A stretch of 64,000 nt of DNA from Tubiluchus corallicola. Taxonomy: Eukaryota; Animalia; Priapulida. Below are positions 38,237 to 52,812 of the stretch, piece by piece. The first letter of the stretch is position 1. Each line of letters opens with the position of its first letter. The stretch is taken from assembly GCA_030141605.1 (NCBI GenBank), contig JAQGDQ010000484.1, forward strand, positions 83,452 to 147,451. Reading direction: 5' to 3'. Made by a program: the position numbers and the translations under genes. Below the pieces are notes generated by a model that did not search any database, was not told the origin of the DNA, and worked only from the letters and a program-made list of their open reading frames with translations.

Positions 38237-39444
38237 CCTTAGCAGCATTGACCAAGGCCGCAACCTGGATTAAGCTAGACCCAGTTCAATAACAACTAAT
38301 TTTAAATGTAGATGGCAGCACATATTAAGCTATTATTGTAGTACTTTAAATGAAGAATCGCAAATGTGCGACAGTAGGAGTGTTAGGTTACTTTTGACAA
38401 TTTTGACAATTAATATGATTAAAGGAACAGTTAACATGTTTTATCCTTCTACAAGTGACTTTTTTGTAACTCTGTCGCTAAAAGTAACAACTTGTGACCT
38501 TACCATTTTTGTTTTTCTTGGCTGTCTGCTATAGGGGAGTGTCATGGAAACAAATTTCCACGAGTGAAAATTATGTTTACATGTGAAAAATTTCGGTTTC
38601 CACCATTGGATGCCGGGAGAAATGATTGGAGTATGACTTTGTTGTGTGTTCATACTTCTAAAGAAAAGTCATACTAGAAAGTTTATTGTAACGGTAGTTT
38701 TATTGTGAAAATTCCACTACGACTTCACGTCAAATGACAATGGCCTAACATAGAATTTAAAGTTGTTTGACAACAAGCCTGCACGCCTGACCAGTAAGAA
38801 CTGTATGACCTAACTTTTATATCCTCTCGCACTAACAGCTGATACAGCAAAATATTGTTTCAAAGAAGGAAAAGAAAATGTATGAAACATTCTATGTCAG
38901 ACTAAATATGAGTCCCAAGTACAAAACTTGGAAACTTATTAAGATACTTGTAGAAGAACTACTTTCCATAACTTGCTTTCTAATGTGATTTCTACATATA
39001 TGTAGATTTTTTTAGATTTATAAACATAGAAGCTATATAATATATATCATAGCTTCTATGTGTAAAAGTGTAAAAAACCTTTATGTAAAAATTAATAGAA
39101 AAGTGTAATAAAAGTTATTTATGTAATAGACTATGTAATAAAAATGCCTAGAATATTGTAGGATGCCTAGGCATTTTATAGAGTGCCGTAAAACCAGATA
39201 AGGTGTCTAAAATAACTCCTTCGACACTTATCTTAGGCACTATCTATGATGCAAACGTCTCTCTAGGCAAAGTGTTCTAAATTCGTACATTCTAAATATA
39301 CCTTTCCTAGGCATTTTATAGAATGCTAAATAAACTTTAGTTCAATTGTTCTGATGTAATTTTTGTAGGCATTTTACATAACTACAATTTTATTTTAAGG
39401 ACTGTGAGAAATTGAAGCAAATGATGTTTCAATGCGCTTGGTAG

Positions 39445-39584
<140 letters not shown>

Positions 39585-39956
39585 ATTTTTAGGAAAACTG
39601 GATTAATGAGTCCGTGCGTAGCATTAAGAACGTTCATATGCATAACTTACGAAGAAAATCGTTCGTATGAACATCACTAAATCCATCTGCAGTATTAATC
39701 CTAGCTGTGGAAAGTGATCCATCTGATTGAGCAGCATGTCAGACATAGTGACGTTGCACTTATTACCAGCAAAACATATATTTAAACTGCTTGCTTAGTT
39801 TAGTACTTTGACAATCAAAGTTCGATTGATGCATTCTATGCAATGCTTGGCTAAGTAGTGTATATACCTAGGACAAGTTCGCTTCAACGAGTAATGCTCA
39901 TTTTACACTTTGCCAAAGTCACTTTACGCATTTTACATAAATCCTAGCTACAGTAT

Positions 39957-40411
39957 CAGGGGCAGATACAGATTTAGAACACCGGTGGGGGCGGATACAG
40001 GTTTTAGAACAACGGTGGGCCCTACAGAAAAGCAGTTAGGGGTCTGGGGGAGCGGTATAAGCTTCCCAGCGAGGTCCACCCAGACAACAATATATTTTAC
40101 TGCATTTCAGACCACTTTTATGCCTTCTAGAAGCCATTTCGTCAAGGAAGCTCACTAGTTTAGAACAGGTGTCACCTGATTCAAAATTACAGACCAATAT
40201 GGAATACATATAGCATACACGATCCACATAACTTTCACTTGTTTTCTTGTGATATATGATTTTTACAGATATATGATAGAAGGCACCTTTAGGATTTAGC
40301 AAATCGTTGTAATGCTTATAATTCAGAGAAAATATTAATTTGGTGAGTTGTAACTGTTACTGTGAAAGAGAGGACCAAGTCCCCTTGGTCCCAACCCCTA
40401 AATCCGCCAGT
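39957..40411. mobile_element. Degenerate hAT-like MITE
   Basis: CAGGGGCAGATAC ... AAATCCGCCAGTG termini resemble common CAG(G/T)GGCGGAT MITEs; no clear TSD. Confidence 0.45.
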
Positions 40412-40820
40412 GACTATCCACAAATTGTCTAGGTAACGTGTGAAAAAAATCACCTCGAAAAGATTTATTTCACACTTTTCCCGAAATGCATAAACATTAT
40501 AATGAAATACCTAAAATTTTTATAAAATGTCTAAGTGTCTGTAACATGCTTAGACTTTGGACTAATTATACAAACTTGCTCGCTTAACAACTAAGAACTA
40601 TAATGACCTCATGGCCTTGACTTTTATTGAAAATCCTCTCACATTAAGAAAACGCCGAGGCTACATTTTCCTCATACAGCTGTGCGTTTTGCATGTCAGG
40701 ATCAGGCGCACAGTACATACTTAACGTAGCTGTGGTAGGACCGAAACATAACCAGTTGTTAAACGTGATAGTCTCAGATGAGATACTGAGATAGATGTGA
40801 ATTAGCCACACTGTTTACAC

Positions 40821-40965
40821 AACAAACAAACAAACAAACAAACAAACAAACAAACAAACAAACAAACAAACAAACAAACAAACAAACAAACAAACAAACA
40901 AACAAACAAACAAACAAACAAACAAACAAACAAACAAACAAACAAACAAACAAGCAAACAAACAA
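40821..40965. repeat. (AAAC)n microsatellite
   Basis: Directly visible. Confidence 0.97.
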
Positions 40966-41067
40966 GAAATTTTTAGTATTTTCCAATGTATACATGACTT
41001 TATTTTTCCTACTAAGCGCTTACAATAGTTTACATCTGATATGAGATGCACCAATCTTAAATATTCA

Positions 41068-41276
41068 TACATTAATATTTTTTTAATTGTCATTTGGTAC
41101 TAATGTCTAATGTAATCTTGTAGTAAAACTTGTCAGCTTGTGTAGCTATAGTCCATTCTTACTGTAAATGTTTTTGTAAATAGTGTATAAAGTCTGTTGT
41201 GGTGAAGATCCTAAATCATGTTGTTCAAACTGTCTGATCCAATCCTATAATAAATCATGTTTAAATTAAATTAAAT
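41068..41276 (+). mobile_element. Dispersed repeat, probable LINE 3' UTR (copy of 15885-16087)
   Basis: Near-identical to 15885-16087; AATAAA then (AAATT)-like tail. Confidence 0.7.
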
Positions 41277-41629
41277 GCATACAAACGCAGTAAGGCAGGT
41301 GAAACCACCCAGAAAGCAGTTTTCTAGGCGGTCACCCATCTCAAAGTGCAAAGTTAGGCAATGGCAGACCTGCTTAGTAAATAGATTTTTTCAGCTAAGT
41401 CTCACAGACTAATGATTCAGCAAGCTCACGATAACTATCAACAAGAAAAAAACAGGAATTGAATTGAACTGAGATTTTAACATTGATGAGATCAGTGTTA
41501 AAGCGGCTGGACTCTTCCGGGTCCTTTAGGTTTGTATTTCCTTTCTTTAGTTTTCGTATACTAAATTTTGTGATTATTTTTCAATAATTAGATACCTTAA
41601 GATGGTGATACCAAACTGTAGCTTCAATT

Positions 41630-41960
41630 TTGTTAGACAATGTTTAAATTCAATTTCAAATTCAGTTTATTTCACCATCAAACAAGCAAGATCGTATTAA
41701 GTGAAGTTTAAATGATGGGAGCAAACTGTAACTTCAATTTTGTTAGTGTCTGTAGTAACAGCCATCACACATACTTTACACCGCACCATGAGAGAAACAG
41801 TGGTTAAATTCAAATTCAAATTCAGTTTATTTCACCATCAAACATGCAGGATCGTATTAAGTGAAGTTTAAATAACGGGAGCAAACTGTAACTTCAATTT
41901 TGTTAGTGTCTGTAGTAACAGTCATCACACTTTCTTTACAGCGCACCATGACAGAAACAA
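41630..41960. repeat. Tandem duplication, ~160 bp x2
   Basis: ttcaaattcagtttatttcaccatcaaaca...gagcaaactgtaacttcaattttgttagtgtctgtagtaacag occurs twice. Confidence 0.8.
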
Positions 41961-42639
41961 TGTTGTTCCAGTTATCATCATCATCTCCTCAACCACCACC
42001 GTCATCAGCATCCCCAGCATCATTCAGTTTCTCGCTTGTTTCACTTTTGACAGAGTCATTTTCTCATTGCTTATTTCAAACGGTGCAAAAATAAATGACT
42101 TTCATACCTGTGTTAGTTTCTAATATAATTCTTAGTTTCACTAATAGCTCATCAAACCTTTAATTGTTTTAACTACATCGGGACTCGAACATAATAAACT
42201 GTCAACCCTTTCCATCTTTAATTAGAATCCTGTAATTAGTATTAAATCACAGGTTAGTCAATGTTGAAAATTAATTAGACGTTATAATTTGATGAGTATC
42301 TATTAGTATATAGTTTATTTCACCAGCAAACAAGCAAGCTACAATAAATATACATGTACAACTTTTTCGTATAATTGAAAAAATAAAATAATTTCTGACT
42401 CCTTAGAAATACTATATTAAAATGTTGAAGTTTGCTATGGTACCATAAAGGAGACCGTGTTAAGCCGCCATGAAATGTGAAACAAAAGAAGGAAAAATGA
42501 AGATGAAGAGAAGAATAAAGAAGAGCTATGTTGCAGTTAGTAGAAAAAAACAGGAGGAAAAAAGTCAAAAGAAAACATAAAATAAAAAAGCAATGACCAT
42601 ATTCAGATAAGCTGTAACTGATTTTTGACAAGAAACCAT

Positions 42640-42900
42640 CAGAGGATGCTATACGACTGATTCGGATCACCAGCCAAGTGAATTATTCACTATTAGACAT
42701 TTCAGAAATATTTGATGTTTCGAATATTTTTTTAAAAATATTTATTGTCACAGACACACATTAGAGCTAACATTTATGTATAAGTGGAATAAAACTGGTC
42801 CTAAAATTGAGCCTTGCGGCACGCCACACTTAATGTCAATTTTTCTGACCGAAATGCTTGATTTTTTTTCAACAAATTACGGCGTTTATTCAACTGTTGA
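42640..42900 (-). mobile_element. CR1/L2-type LINE reverse transcriptase fragment
   Basis: Minus strand encodes CGVPQGSILGPVLFHLYIN. Confidence 0.75.
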
Positions 42901-44102
42901 AGTCCAATCTAGTTCTAGCGGTTCTAGTTCTAGACGTCACCGCTTTTGAAACTATGCATGTGCACCTTTTAATGTTCTTTCTTCTTACTCTGTGTCGCCT
43001 ACGAAATGTCGGTTACACATGGCATGAAACCAATGCGGTCGGGGTGCACAGAGTGCTACATTCGATCGTCTCCTGCCGATGTCAATACTTGTAAACAACA
43101 AATGACTCTGCTAGCTGTAATTTGCGACGAATGTACGCAGCGGCCACTTCAAGCAAGTCTATAATTATTACTTGACAGTGTGCACACTATAGTTTTTTGT
43201 ACGTGTAACTCCTGGCGAAAATGGGCACGGTTGATCTTATTTAATCAGCAAATGGGCAAGACAGAATCGTAAGCTGCTCGCCTGCCGACAGCTTACACGT
43301 ATTTAGATAATTGTACACGTATTTTTACTCACGCAGTTATTATGTAGGCCTGTGTATAAATTATCTACACGTGTATGTACGTATAGGTATTAATAATGCC
43401 GCGAGCGCATTGTTTGACATGCGAATTGTGATGAGACAATATCATGCGCACAATAGGAAATGTCAATGCACGACTGTTCATTAAATGAGACACGTCGAGT
43501 AATTGTACATTTAAGTTCACCTGCTTGTTGCTGCTGCTGCTGCTGCTGCTGGTGATGCTGATTGAGAAGTTGTCATGCCAACCAAGTGAATTTAACGCGA
43601 ATATGCAAGATTGACACTCGTGCATAATAATCCGTGTTTGTCTCGTCTTACAAAATGCTAGAATTGATTGATGTTTTAAAAGTAAGTATGACTTCTTACG
43701 TACTTTCTAAACACAGAGGTTTAACAATTTGATTTATGCGATTGAAAACAGGCTTTATAAAAAAGCAAAACTTAGTTTTATGAAAAACCGTGGCAAATAT
43801 TAAATAATCTACGGCAATTAGACAAACGGGTAAAAATAAACATTAAGTGAACAAACACCAAAGCCTTTTAGCAAATAAACCAACATGCACACAAAAGAAT
43901 GAAGGAACAGAAGAAAAAAAAACAGAAAAGAGAAAATAATCAAGAGAAAAAGCGATTTAAACAGAAAATTTTTGAATGGTAAGTAAATCAATTTGATTTA
44001 ATTTTTAGTATGTTTATTCTTTCTTAAACGTTTTTTACAAAATATAAAATAAGACATAAAAGATAAGATGTATTAGATATAGTAATTATATATTATATAA
44101 AC

Positions 44103-44162
44103 TGAATTATATTTATATATAGATATAAATTTATAAATGTACTTATAGAGATTTTTAATACA

Positions 44163-44209
<47 letters not shown>

Positions 44210-44267
44210 CTGTATTAAAAATGTCTATAAGTATATGTATATCTATTACATATATAAATACAATTCA
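44103..44267. repeat. AT-rich palindrome centred on (TA)n
   Basis: ACTTATAGAGATTTTTAATACAGTT-(TA)n-AACTGTATTAAAAATGTCTATAAGT with degenerate outer arms. Confidence 0.8.
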
Positions 44268-44540
44268 TATATATATATATAATACATATTTATTTATATT
44301 TATAGTATATTTATAATATATAAACCTGAGTCGTATTTTTGTTGTAAGGCGAAAACTTATACCTGTAAAGGTATTGAAAAGGTTAGGAAAACACCTTCAT
44401 TATAGATAATACCAGTCACTTTGCTCTTACTTTAGTTCAGGGTTTGTGCATTTTACAACTAGTTGCTGTGATTAACTGTAGTAACGCCAATAAAATTGCA
44501 CAGAAAATTGCCTGATATTTTGATGTTTTGAGTTTTGTTG

Positions 44541-44945
44541 AATAAGCTTTTTTATTGTTTCGTTGTGCGCACGCGCAGTTGCTGTAGGTCAAAGGTTAAG
44601 TGTGCCACAGCAAATTGTCTTGATTACGACCGTCACGTGACATGTCGATAAAGCAAAGCCGTTTGCCACATCAGTTGTTTTATCTCGTCACTAACTTGTT
44701 TTATCTGGACATTACTTAATTAGACAGTCTGCGCGTTGATTTGTTTACTAACAGGATCTTGCTTGGAAACAAGAAAAATGAACTAGGTAAGGTTCTAGCT
44801 AGCAGTTGAAACTGTTACAATTACAGCAGCGCTGGGGTGGGGGGGGGAGGCGTTATCAAGTGTATACAAATCTGTTGTCTGGTACACGTAACCTTTGACC
44901 TTTTCACGATCATCATCAGTCGCTGGAACTGTGAAACGGCTTATT
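44541..44945 (+). mobile_element. TIR MITE, family B copy 3
   Basis: AATAAGC ... GGAACTGTGAAACGGCTTATT; body homologous to 20590-21027. Confidence 0.78.
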
Positions 44946-45386
44946 AGAAGTGTTTTAACTGGGGTAGAAATGCTTCTGAAGGGAAATGAGTATCAGTTGT
45001 TACCATACAAGACTAGGTTTCAGGGTTTAACAGGATCTGCCAACATCCTATCTGTTTTTTTGCTAATAAAGGATGCCTTTTGGGTAATGCATCAAGTTTT
45101 TTCGGAAATAATGGCATAATTAATTGTCTATTAATTATTTGACCAATTTTTTAGTGTAAAAAGGTGTAATAATTGTCTTTGTTTTAGAATGTTTTAGTGT
45201 TTATGTACATAAAAGTAACGTAACAAATTACATTTTGTGATGTAGGCGGTCTTGTTCTTTATGTAATTAAGTTTTTTGTACAATATACCACACCATAGTG
45301 TTATAACTCCACAATGCCAGTTTACAAACAGATACCATTTATTTAAAGGTTTAAAATAACAGATTAGAAGTTTACCGGTACTATGG

Positions 45387-45610
45387 GTGACGATATTCGT
45401 GCACAACAAAAACCTGGTATTTTTATATATGAGAAGTGCACTGCTCCATTAACCATATGCACACAGTCGTTTGCTAAGTACCTATTAGGAAAAATGTAAT
45501 TATTGGCGAGCGAATTAAGAGTACTGTTGGTGAGCAATTATGCCGGGTATGATAATAGACATGAGAGCAGTTGAGTTGTGAGAAAGGGAATGAAACAAGG
45601 GTATGAAAGA
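45387..45610. repeat. Dispersed duplicate of ~47982-48186
   Basis: tgacgatattcgtgcacaacaaaaacctgg...ggcgagcgaattaagag near-identical at both sites. Confidence 0.85.
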
Positions 45611-45623
45611 GAATGGGAACAAC

Positions 45624-45782
<159 letters not shown>

Positions 45783-46989
45783 CGTCGCCCTTAACTATAT
45801 ATATATATATATATATAGTTAAGCGTGACGTTTTTCAGTTAACAATCTAAAGTACAAATCCTTTCGATACGAGGGTACTTCTAAGAATAAGCAAACATAG
45901 AAATGGTGCAGACAAATCTAGACTGCAGTTAAACGGTCATATAACATATTGACTGTGGGTGCCTTTGTTTGGAGCCATTTGAAGGAAAACTGGACAATTT
46001 TGTTCAAAATAAAGTATGCTCTAAAATATTGAAAACTACAACAGCGTTTTTAACTTAAAGCCTAAATTAGATAATAATTGCCCAGTACCGTTTAATTTTG
46101 TTAAACATTCAAAGCTACGTGAGGGGTCAGCAAATCCACTAAGACTGGCAATGACGCCTTTTTGTCACATTCGCATGGCCGAGAAATTGGCGCGTTACTG
46201 TGATAGGCATGATCATGAACTGCAGCGTTCGTCTCTGACGTCGGTGTGAGTTTCGTGACGTCACATTAACGTCTTATAGCAATCTTTCTTTACGCAAACG
46301 TGCTTGATGTACAGGGAAGATGCCTACTACTACACGAACTGTGGCTAGTTTGTGACGTATGCGATAGCTGTGTTCGGTTACAATTAAATTTTATTTTACA
46401 AACAGTAGATTTAACCATTTATTTAGAGCTTTGGAAAACAATCAGCTCATTATTTGCAATAGCATTCACAAGAGCATTGCTAGAAATTGCTACTTCTAAG
46501 ACAATAAGCAGCTTTACGTAATAAATTGTCAAAATATGTTATGTCAAGATTCACACACATACTCTGGAGACACCGTGACAATTCAGCTAAATCGCGTCCT
46601 TTCTGCAGATATTATATATTGACGTGTCGTTAGTAATTAATAGTGTAAGGCGAGTTTTCTATAGATAGTTCTAAAGCGTTTTATGGAGGAAAAATATTTG
46701 TCAAAGCGTTGTTGTGATATCGATCATTCCAGCTTAAAAATCCGAACGCATTAATGCCCGCACGTGGCGTTTTTAATCAGTGACAAAACGCTCCATTTCC
46801 GAGGCTGATCTGAGGTGGAGCGCAAAGAGGTATTCATTGACTTGTTGTGCTCTCGAATTTTTAAATTAATTTTGCAAAAAAAACGTAAAAACAGTCTATA
46901 TCACTGCCGAATGTAATGAACGTACGCTTGTGCAACCACTAAACGATGTTATACAGAAAAATATTTCATTCATGGCATAAATATCAGAT

Positions 46990-47490
46990 ATGTATAAAAG
47001 GAATAAAGTAGGCTCTAAAATTGAGCCTTAAGGCTCGCCATTTTTTGACAATTTTTATGTATGAAAGGAAAAAAGTAGTCCCCAAAACCGAGCCTTGAGG
47101 CACGGCGTAATATTTATTTACTTTATTTATTGACCATTTTTATGTATAAAAGGAGTAAAGTAGGCCCTAAAATTGAGCCTTGAGGCACGCCGTATTCTAT
47201 TAACAATCTTTATGTATGAAAGGAATAAAGTAGGGCCTGAAATTGAGCCTTGAGGCATGCCGTATTCTATTAACAATCTTCATGTACAAAAGGAATAAAG
47301 TAGGGCCTGAAATTGAACCTTGAGGCATGCGCTATTTTATTAACAATCTTTATGTATAAAAGGAATAAAGTAGGGCCTGAAATTCAGCCTTGAAGCATGC
47401 CGTATTTTATTAACAATCTTTATGTATAAAAGGAATAAAGTAGGGCTTGAAATTGAACGTTGAGGCACGCCATATTTTATTGACAATTTT
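46990..47490 (-). repeat. 70-bp minisatellite (~7 copies) derived from the LINE RT GVPQGS segment
   Basis: Each unit on the minus strand reads approximately G(V/M)PQGSI(L/S)GPTLFL(L/S)YIKIVN. Confidence 0.85.
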
Positions 47491-48425
47491 TTCTCAAGTG
47501 AGAAACCATTCCTAAAAAGCCAATAAAACCACTTAAGTTGTAGAAAGAGATAGTGGGACAAATCTGTACTTGGAGCAAATGAGAAAACCAAATTTGGCAT
47601 GGTTGATAAGACAGTTTTCCTTCCCGTTTTACATAAAATGGAAACGCCCCGTTTTATAATGCAGCAGCTGCAGTTATTGACAGACAGCATAATGTTTTGT
47701 GCTAGAATTAAATATTTAAATTCTCGAGCAAGTTCAGAAACCTGTTGCCCTGTTGCACTTGACGAGCGTGTGAAGCCATGCGACGACATCTTTACTGGTG
47801 GTTTCGGTATTTTACCGATGGCTTCACTGCAACGTGTACAAACCCGAGGTCTTTCTGATGGCTTCACTGCTCAGGTGCAAATCGATTGCAGCCTTTCGAT
47901 TTCGCGGCTGATTGAACTTGCTCTGACAGGTGTCAGTGCACTTGGGTGAACCAAGTTAAGTTTTTGTCTCCTCCTAATGGATGACGATATTCGTGCACAA
48001 CAAAAACCTGGTATTTTTATATATGAGAGGTGCACTGCTCCATTAACCATATGCACACAATCGTTTGCTAAGTACCTATTAGGAAAAATGTAATTATTGG
48101 CGAGCGAATTAAGAGCTGGCGAGGAATTATGCCAGGTAAGATAATGAACATGAGAGCTGTTGAGTAGTGAGAAAAGGGAATGAAAAGACGGCCGAGTGTT
48201 TGAAAATTGACTAATGAAAAATTTGAGAAGCTGAATTTGTACATTTCAAACAAAAAAATTAAACAAATAAATAAATGAAACGAAAAAGTAAGAATTAAAT
48301 AAATGGAGAATTGAACCAGAAGTACCAGATCTGCATTCTTTTCTGCCAAACTGCGCATGTATCTATAGGAAACGTGAGTTTCAGAGTTGTCGATTTTTAT
48401 TTTTTTTGTTAAAACTGATGGCCAA

Positions 48426-48572
48426 AGTTTACAATTCTCCACGTGCAAGAAATTGGTTCGTGAATCGGATTATGATTAGGCTTAGGATTGGGATTATGGT
48501 AAGGTTAGGGTCGGGGATAGGGTTAGGGTGAGAGATGGGTTTAGGATACTTAGTGTGGAGGAATTGTAAACT
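48426..48572. mobile_element. Small inverted-repeat element with degenerate TTAGGG-like core
   Basis: AGTTTACAATTCTCCAC ... GTGGAGGAATTGTAAACT flanking ttagg/ttaggg variants. Confidence 0.55.
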
Positions 48573-48714
48573 CCTTCCAAACTGATTTCTAGGTTTTTAA
48601 TAGTCAAGAAATCAAGAAACATAAAGAAATCGACTTAGTGCGGAATAGTTGATTTTAATTTAAATTTGGTGCAAATAATATCCCTAGAATCTTGGGATAA
48701 AAACTTGTACTTGA

Positions 48715-49850
48715 AATACAAGCTGGATTTCGGTCTAAATATAGACTGCTGATAACATTTTTATTTTGAAATCCATTGTTGACACATATTTAGCAAAAAA
48801 TAAAAAACTATATACTTGCTTTGCTGATTTTAGAAAAGCTTTTGATTCGGTTGATAGAAGTTGTTTGTTATACAAATTTGGTATATTAGGAATCAAGGGC
48901 AAAGTCTTGCGCGTTATTAAGAATCTGTATACTTGTACTAAAAGCTGTGTTAAAACGCAGCATGGAATTACAGACATGTTTTCTGTTAATTTAGGTGTGC
49001 TACAAGGATGTACGCTTTCTCCTATGCTATTTTCATTGTATCTTAGTGATTTAGAAACATTTTTGCGAGTTGAAGAAGTAGATCCTGTCCAAGTTGTTGT
49101 TACTACTCTATGTTTGTTAACCCTTTCAGTCGCAAAGTATTTTTTTAATAAGAAAAAAATTTTTGGTTTGGTACTTTTGTTCAGTATGTCCATCTTGTTT
49201 ACACATAATAATTATTTTTTCTATCTGTGCCCGTGTGCTAAATATAGCCTGTATTCCACGGGATACGTTGAGATTCAATGGAAGCATAAAATGTGCTTCA
49301 TTTTGCAACTGCTGATAATTTTTTAAAGTATTTAAGACATTTAGTATGCATGTTATGCTGATCTGTACAAAGTCGTCTCTAAAGTACTGTACCTTGCGAA
49401 GTTTTTTATGCTATGTAGATTTTCTAGTTTGCCATTTATCACCATTTTTAGTCTCTTGTTATTGGCTTAAATCAAAATAACTATTAACAGATCAAATAAC
49501 TGTCAGTTTTAAAATTTTATTAATTTTAAAAGCAGAAAATATTATCGTGATACAACAGGTATGGAAGGGTTAACGTTCGCCGATGATTTAATTTTAATGA
49601 ATAGTTCCAAACAATGTTTACAAAACCTGTTGAACCTGCTAAGTGAATATTGCAGGAATTGTGACCGACAGTAAATGCTTCTAAAATAAGGATTTTAATA
49701 TTTGAGAAACGAAACACTGTAGTGCCTGAACAAATGCCTTTTCACTATAATGGTAATATGTTAGAAAACTTAGACTGAAGTATCTAGGAGTATATTTTAC
49801 TGAAATGGATATTTCAACAAGGCAATAGATCACTTGAATTGTCAGGGCAT
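48715..49850 (+). mobile_element. Non-LTR retrotransposon reverse transcriptase fragment (L2/RTE-X-like), interrupted
   Basis: QAGFR, TADNIFIL, CFADFRKAFDSV, GVLQGCTLSPMLF; after the insertion the frame continues FADDLILMNSSKQCLQNLLNLLSEYC. Confidence 0.9.
49121..49569. mobile_element. piggyBac-type MITE nested in the LINE RT
   Basis: TTAA|CCCTT ... AAGGG|TTAA; removal restores CLLTFADDL in frame. Confidence 0.85.
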
Positions 49851-50504
49851 TAGTTTTATTGCATAAATAGCATTTTTTCCTATTTTTTGAAATTTTTCTC
49901 CCGATTGTACAGTCGTTTGCCCTTTTTCATTTCGGCATGAATTATTTGCAATAAAAATTTCCATAAATAAACAATTTGGTACGCCTAGAAAAGAACAGCA
50001 AAGGAGATTTTTCCCGCCAGCAACCTTTTCTTTTGCTCATAGCTCTCCCTGTTAGCCTGAAAAAACACATTAAAGTTATGTGGATGTTTTGATCAATAGA
50101 AAGTAATCATCCCAGCATTTTCCGTTGTTTTACCATGGCAGTTGTCATGGACACATGTCATCAACATGTCAAGAATCTCGTTACAATCAAGTCAATGAAG
50201 TATGATACGCCTATTGGTTTATGTATTTGATCACTAGGTTGGCATTACAAACTGCCACATCAAAAGGCAGCCTGATTGTTTGATCTTGTAGTAATTAGTC
50301 AGTGGAGAACTGTATTTAATGAGTAGAAAATCGGGCAGTGCATTGATCGTCCTGCTCACCTGTAATCAAGCCGTGCAGGTAAGCAGGTAAAACTTCATTA
50401 TTGTTACAGCTGCTGTATAGATTAACCTGATAAAATAAAGTAACAACTTCATTATTGAGAGCAGAATCATAGAATAATTATTCATCATCATCTGATATTC
50501 ATAA

Positions 50505-50942
<438 letters not shown>

Positions 50943-51551
50943 TATATGTTTTTAGTCGTTATTATGTTTGTTTGTTTATATGTTCGTCCGTTCTTTTCTT
51001 GTGCAAAAGTTCTGTTTTGCCAAACTTTGGATGATTCCTTTGTCTTGAGTATGACATTTCGTAAACTGCATCAAAAGAGAGTACAGGAAAGGTACAACGT
51101 GTCGAGGTCCAGTCAATATTGTACACTTTACGTGAAGGTTAAGAATTAAAAAAAGTCACTATTGCACTAGCTATTTTAAGAAAGAAAACTATAATAGCAA
51201 AATTTATGAGAAGAGCGCAAAAACAGCAAACAAAATAAAAATTGCGCACAGTCTAACACTATTAACAAGATACATGCGTTGTGCGATACATGCTGCTGTT
51301 GACAAGCGGATGCGATTTAAGGACATATTACACTTCCTACGCATGACCGCGATCATGTGCCAATCGTGCGTGTAAGAAAACAAATTTGCTTGAAAAGTTC
51401 AATTTCGCTGCGCCTTTGGAAAGTTACCACCTGCCACGTCTTCAAATGTTGTAAACAACGAGATGAAGTTTCCGTTACGACGTTCAAAGGAAGCCAGAAA
51501 TAATGACAGAAGAGGTTTATCGTTGTTTTCTCATGTAAAATCAGAAATTTG

Positions 51552-52749
51552 AAAACCTGTTTCTTACCTGATGTTTTGTGATATTAAATATCTGTTGTTT
51601 TACCTGACGTTTTGTGACATTAAAAATCTGTTGTTTTACCTGCCGTTTTGCGACATTGAAAATCTGTTATTTTACCTGACGTTTTGCGACATTGAAAACC
51701 TGTTATTTTACCTGACGTTTTGCGACATTAAAAACCTGTTATTTACCTGACGTTTTGCGACATTGAAAATCTGTTATTTATCTGACGTTTTGCTACATTA
51801 AAAACCTGTTATTTACCTGACGTTTTGCGACATTAAAAATCTGTTATTTACCTGACGTTTTGCGACATTAAAAACCTGTTATTTTACCTGACGTTTTGCG
51901 ACATTAAAAACCTGTTATTTACCTGACGTTTTGCGACATTGAAAATCTGTTATTTACCTGACGTTTTGCGACATTAAAAACCTGTTATTTACCTGACGTT
52001 TTGCGACATTAAAAATCTGTTATTTACCTGACGTTTTGCGACATTAAAAACCTGTTATTTTACCTGACGTTTTGCGCCATTAAAAACCTGTTATTTACCT
52101 GACGTTTTGCGACATTAAAAACCTGTTATTTACCTGACGTTTTGCGACATTGAAAATCTGTTATTTACCTGACGTTTTGCGACATTAAAAACCTGTTATT
52201 TTACCTGACGTTTTGCGACATTAAAAACCTGTTATTTACCTGACGTTTTGCGACATTGAAAATCTGTTATTTACCTGACGTTTTGCGACATTAAAAACCT
52301 GTTATTTACCTGACGTTTTGCGACATTAAAAATCTGTTACTTTACCTGACGTTTTGTGACATTGAAAATCTGTTATTTTACCTGACGTTTTGCGACATTA
52401 AAAACCTGTTATTTACCTGACGTTTTGCGACATTAAAAACCTGTTACTTTACCTGACGTTTTGCGACATTGAAAATCTGTTATTTACCTGACATTTTGCG
52501 ACATTAAAAATCTGTTATTTACCCGACGTTTTCCGACATTGAAAATCTGTTATTTTACCTGACGTTTTGCGACATTAAAAACCTGTTATTTACCTGACGT
52601 TTTGCGACATTGAAATCTGTTATTTTACCTGACGTTTGCGACATTAAAAATCTGTTATTTTACCTGACGTTTGCGACATTAAAAATCTGTTACTTTACCT
52701 GACGTTTTGTTACATTGAAAATCTGTTATTTTACCTGACGTTTTGCGAT
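51552..52749. repeat. Minisatellite, 35-36 bp unit, ~33 copies
   Basis: Unit acctgacgttttgcgacatt(a/g)aaaa(c/t)ctgttattt(t), head-to-tail, no spacers. Confidence 0.96.
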
Positions 52750-52812
52750 AACGCGGCTCCATCTTGGAGCTAAATAAAATGTAAATACTCGACTTTATTT
52801 AATTTTTTAAGC

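Noticed and set aside
37435-38292. ORFs inside the TIR element as a transposase
   Set aside because: Short, no DDE or DNA-binding motif recognised.
47340-48056. ORFs 47340-47867, 47599-47949, 47871-48056 as host genes
   Set aside because: Overlap the RT-derived minisatellite and a dispersed duplicate; no domain; likely decayed TE sequence.
51552-52749. 35-36 bp repeat as a CRISPR array
   Set aside because: Units are contiguous with no unique spacers, no cas genes, eukaryotic context.
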